From assembly GCA_001724265.1 (NCBI GenBank), contig MEDY01000253.1, forward strand, positions 1-44,295: a DNA stretch of 44,295 bases, given 5' to 3'. The stretch is from Rhizaria sp. SCN 62-66. Lineage: Eukaryota. Under the pieces are notes generated by a model. The model searched no databases, had not been told where the DNA came from, and saw only the letters and a list, made by a program, of their open reading frames with translations. The position numbers and the translations under genes are program-made. Position 1 is the stretch's first letter. Every line of letters begins with the position of its first letter. This document shows positions 42,788 through 44,295 of the stretch, in pieces.

Positions 42788-44181
42788 GGCGGGGCGGGAA
42801 AGCGACGGCGGAGCCGGAGGGGCCTCGAGGGCGGGGAGGGTTGTAGGGGTGTAACGAGGAAAGGAAGGAGCGTCTTAAAGCTTCTGGGAAGAACTGTTGA
42901 GAGGTCTTCTCGAGCTGAGAGGGAACAAATTCAGAAGGGAGAAGCGAGGAGAGCGGGGTGAGATGGATAAGAAATATATATGTGTGTTGGCGTTGCGTCA
43001 CAATGCCCTGCGTGACTTGAACCAGTTGGGATTGGCGACGTCGTCACGGATCTTGAACCCATTGCCCTCCACGGACACTCCACAGCAAAGGGCGCGACCC
43101 CGTGTTTCAACAGAGATTTCACAGGCCATACTCCATCGAATAACAATGCAGCAAATTTGACTAAAGTGTTTCGCCGTTTTATAACTTGTGTGTTAATTAA
43201 ATAACAATTTGAGACTGAACGCTGCCGAGTCATACAAATTTTGGAAGGCGGCTCTGAATCTTAAACGCGGACTCAACCGTTGTTGCCCAAGACCTCTTCC
43301 AGAGGTGATTGACACGTTTATTTACTCTAACAAGATCATCTTTTAAATGCACGTTATGTACATGCTTGTTGTTTATTATAGTATCAACTTGATTACGTCA
43401 TGTTCGGCGGTATACCTTGTATATCCTTCATATTGATGTCACAAGTAGCTCACAACTCAGATAGCACGTTGATAATATCAATGTCTTTGAATCAACGATA
43501 ACCCCCCCGATATAAAAAAAAGTAATGTATACTATATCCGACTATTGGTTTCGTAGATATTGTTTTATGACGTCAAAGCGGCGCATAAGCAAAGTGTCTG
43601 ACCTTTCATAAGCCAGAGAATCGAAGCCAGAAAACTCATACAGAGAAACGAATAAGACCAAAATAAAGACCTCACAGCGAAAAGCGGCTACTTTCGATTT
43701 AAACTCAAACCAATGCAAATTGGCCGCGATCGCGATGTCCACTCGATAGCAGCAGGGCTTGTTTGCGGCCGGATGGCGACTGTGGGATTGGCTTTTTTCG
43801 GCCCAGTGCTAGTCTGAGGCGGCTTAACCAAGTTCCAGGGGCCGTCTCGCGCAAAACTGGCCCGGAGACCAGAGACAGCAAAGACGCGTCTTTTTCTCGT
43901 CGGAATGGCAGTCTCCTTGCACCATGGCTCTCAGGATAGATGTGTCATGTCTTAATCCTCTTTTAATTTGTTGCACGACCTCTGCGCGGGTTTGCTTCCC
44001 TTGTGAGGACCTGCCATTGGCGTCGCCTCGAAGCTTCTCGCTCTCTCATCCCTACTGGGTGGTCCGCCCATCCCTTTGCCTCTTGCCTCATGACTGTTCT
44101 GTCCTCACACCGTCTGCCTTGCCTTGTATTTTCTGTTCCTTTTGCTCTTACTATTTTCCACTCCCTACAGTCCGTTGTAAA
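42788..44181. promoter_or_regulatory. Divergent promoter and 5'UTR region between VPS13 and RPS4
   Basis: Head-to-head ATGs at 42787 (-) and 44182 (+). AT-rich core (~43140-43700) and a GC-richer motif cluster (43700-43960). Acceptor-like pyrimidine tract + CAG at 42915 (-) and 44170 (+). Confidence 0.55.
44003..44170 (+). other. Putative 5'UTR intron of RPS4 (168 nt)
   Basis: GTGAGG at 44003; long C/T-rich body ending CCACTCCCTACAG, 11 nt before the ATG. Preceded by pyrimidine tracts (CCTCTTTT ~43957, TTTGCTTCCCTT ~43991) of the TOP-like kind typical of ribosomal protein gene starts. Confidence 0.6.
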
Positions 44182-44295
44182 ATGGTGATGGGTCAACGTA
44201 AGCACCTCAAGCGTCTGGCGGCGCCTAAGCACTGGATGCTCTCCAAGCTCGGCGGCATCTGGGCTCCCCGCCCCTCCGCTGGTGCGCACAAGATG
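44182..44295 (+). CDS. RPS4: 40S ribosomal protein S4 (eS4), 5' part, running off the right edge; not in the ORF track
   Basis: Translates [38 protein letters not shown], matching the conserved eS4 N-terminus [25 protein letters not shown]. Confidence 0.95.
   Translation, partial: MVMGQRKHLKRLAAPKHWMLSKLGGIWAPRPSAGAHKM

Noticed and set aside
44003..44170. Intronic snoRNA in the RPS4 leader intron
   Set aside because: No convincing C box/D box (CTGA) pair or H/ACA layout seen.

Overview
Gene-dense eukaryotic window, most likely from a protist (inference): very GC-rich exons, short AT-rich intergenic spacers, pyrimidine-rich spliceosomal introns and the standard genetic code. Gene order: 3' end of an unknown Ala/Gly-rich gene (+), DPM2-like gene (+), RBBP4/MSI1 WD40 histone-binding protein (-, 3 exons, 472 aa), a giant single-ORF TRRAP/Tra1 PIKK pseudokinase (+, 5754 aa) head-to-head with RBBP4, a 3-exon secreted TPR-like orphan (+, 192 aa), a giant single-ORF VPS13 lipid-transfer protein (-, 6495 aa), and the 5' end of RPS4 (+) divergent from VPS13. 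I found no mobile element, CRISPR array, tRNA or rRNA, and I cannot claim a clearly new biological system. The best leads are: (1) splice acceptors just upstream of the ATG in five of six gene starts, none with the GTACGT donor used by all four coding introns (5'UTR introns or spliced-leader trans-splicing); (2) a TRRAP that keeps the catalytic-loop Asp-Arg and carries a prion-like N-terminus, a coiled-coil insertion and a recurring MTD motif; (3) an oversized VPS13 that appears to lack the C-terminal PH domain; (4) a secreted orphan with an SFVE pro-peptide-like motif. Most other ORFs in the track are GC-driven shadow ORFs.
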